A DNA stretch of 47,860 nt from Usitatibacteraceae bacterium (GTDB lineage: Bacteria; Pseudomonadota; Gammaproteobacteria; Burkholderiales; Usitatibacteraceae): positions 1 to 47,860 of the forward strand of contig JBKJMK010000286.1 in assembly GCA_046596005.1 (NCBI GenBank). The letters run 5' to 3'. The notes under the pieces are model-generated. The model saw only the letters and a program-made list of their open reading frames with translations. It was not told the DNA's origin and ran no database searches. Each line of letters starts with the position of its first letter. Position 1 is the stretch's first letter. The position numbers and the translations under genes were made by a program. Below, piece after piece: positions 47,601 to 47,860 of the stretch.

Positions 47601-47860
47601 TCGCGCTCATGCATCGCCGAAAGATTGCGCAACCAATGGTCGCGCGAGCGGAGCACATCGGCGACAAGACTTTCGGCGACGGTTATGTTGTTATCCAGGT
47701 GCGCCAATAGCGTGGCGATATCATCGGCAACCGCGACTGCGTTCGCGTCCGACTCGTTGACCTGTGCGAGCAGATGGCGCGCCGCTTCGGTGTAAAGCGC
47801 ACCCGCATCGTCCACGCTTTCGGGCTGCGCACCAAAGCGCGCGAGCAACGGCATTTGCCG
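44645..47860 (-). CDS. UvrD-family helicase / PD-(D/E)XK nuclease (AddA-like), N-terminus outside window
   Basis: The reading frame stays open to the window edge. It has the helicase motifs LLVDEFQDTS, FLVGDPMQSIYRFR, TIHKAKGLEFD and LLYVAATRA, plus a C-terminal nuclease-like IVDFKTG. Confidence 0.8.
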   Translation of the reverse strand, partial: RQMPLLARFGAQPESVDDAGALYTEAARHLLAQVNESDANAVAVADDIATLLAHLDNNITVAESLVADVLRSRDHWLRNLSAMHEREMLEATLVRVRAQGTARVAAVFPAEHKSETLALARISGQNLSAMPVDKQLSHLSGLTTFPDGDVASLPAWLALVELLLTKAGSWRKIVTKNQGFPVGVGKDEKARLSAQKNRMTSLLASLTESAPTATATAAALHQLRSLPSAGYSESQWQILGAIVRLLPHAIASLWNVFSRLGQCDFTEIAEAASRALGYDDAPTDLALALDYRLSHLLVDEFQDTSFAQFELLEKLTRGWSDGDGRTLFLVGDPMQSIYRFREAEVSLFSRAWRDGLGGVQLNPLALSVNFRSCAGVVKWVNSTFTKLMPANEDSTTGAVPYASSVAFAAEEEPGDGGSSQPGVTLYPCWLRKTATIAARSAMEEARLADIEEAGRVVNIIVSTRREKPDAVIAVLVRNRGHLREIVPALKAANITFRAVDIDPLNTRPVVQDLLSLTRALLHPGDRIAWLALLRAPWCGLTLRDLALLMKGAVPVDGVLTLETRTVWELLNDDTCLAAMSDDGQVRVKQVCDALTPALELRGRMPLSDAVEGTWLRLRGPACLRDESDLTDVALLLALLKAETQAQASGGQLIDLNALERRVDKLFAGTSEADIDEVVPPVQIMTIHKAKGLEFDTVIVPGLHRAARRDDSKLIVWTEHPNPETGARELLLAPIRETGAEEDVESDAIYRYVLTQEREKQQHEYVRLLYVAATRAERRLHLLGAVHVKADDVVGDGMEMFSPPRADTLLAALWPAVAAALWDDWHAAPAESHAPTLPDALVPVARPPHGPMRLTRTQPLPAMPDAISVQALSDSQRQSNDEIAIDFEWASEAARHIGSVVHACLQRIAEEGVAAWNDERIAAMMPTLERELARRGVAAEELTFATSKVADALNNTLADGRGRWTLQPHEHARAEWRLTGMQHGALMDIAIDRTFIDDQNVRWIVDFKTGSHEGGDPDTFLDNEQKRYAAQLETYATILSAMSGSSPSKSIRLGLYFPMLKGWREWAWKHKR

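Noticed and set aside
44789-47795. Many 60-150-aa + strand ORFs inside the addA-like gene
   Set aside because: They are antisense shadow ORFs of a long GC-rich gene that carries clear UvrD-family motifs on the minus strand.
1-47860. Mobile elements, defence islands, CRISPR arrays, toxin-antitoxin pairs, tRNA/rRNA genes
   Set aside because: I looked through all intergenic regions longer than 60 bp and all unassigned ORFs. I found no transposase, integrase or phage-like proteins, no direct-repeat arrays other than the 42-bp coding repeat, and no cloverleaf-like tRNA sequence. The window reads as conserved core genome.

Overview
This window looks like core chromosome from a moderately GC-rich proteobacterium. 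Protein sequences and synteny (DUF3460, two DUF3108 genes after purM-purN, an AddA-type helicase-nuclease) point to Betaproteobacteria/Burkholderiales, but that assignment is inference only. About 50 tightly packed protein genes are present. They include queA (partial), a TonB-dependent receptor, and a GlrK / QseG-like lipoprotein / GlrR sigma54 three-component system. A complete ISC operon follows (iscR-iscS-iscU-iscA-hscB-[VOC gene]-hscA-fdx-iscX), preceded by trmJ-cysE. The rest are suhB, ndh, mutS, slyD, bcp, roxA, dapA-bamC, kynU-nadA, purM-purN, rsmB, an MscS-family channel, a desaturase, rpmB-rpmG, radC, coaBC-dut and a partial addA-like gene. I saw no rRNA, tRNA, CRISPR array, transposase, integrase or phage genes, so most of the window is ordinary housekeeping DNA. 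The best candidate for something undescribed is the 390-bp gene-free gap after glrR (7342-7730). It holds three GlrR-type TGTC-N10-GACA-like sites, an AT-rich spacer and a canonical sigma54 promoter (TGGCAC-N5-TTGC). About 135 nt of highly structured, CU-rich sequence follows, ending in a strong intrinsic terminator with no ORF. This fits a GlrR/sigma54-dependent small RNA, a positional and regulatory analogue of enterobacterial GlmY/GlmZ without obvious sequence similarity to them. Secondary points are a second sigma54 promoter in front of glrK, a VOC-family gene translationally coupled inside the hscB-hscA junction, an uncharacterised gene pair (internally duplicated protein plus an output-less HAMP membrane protein), a tandem-repeat lipoprotein, and a small ORF ahead of the TonB receptor. 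All calls come from reading the sequence and ORF translations; no database search was run.
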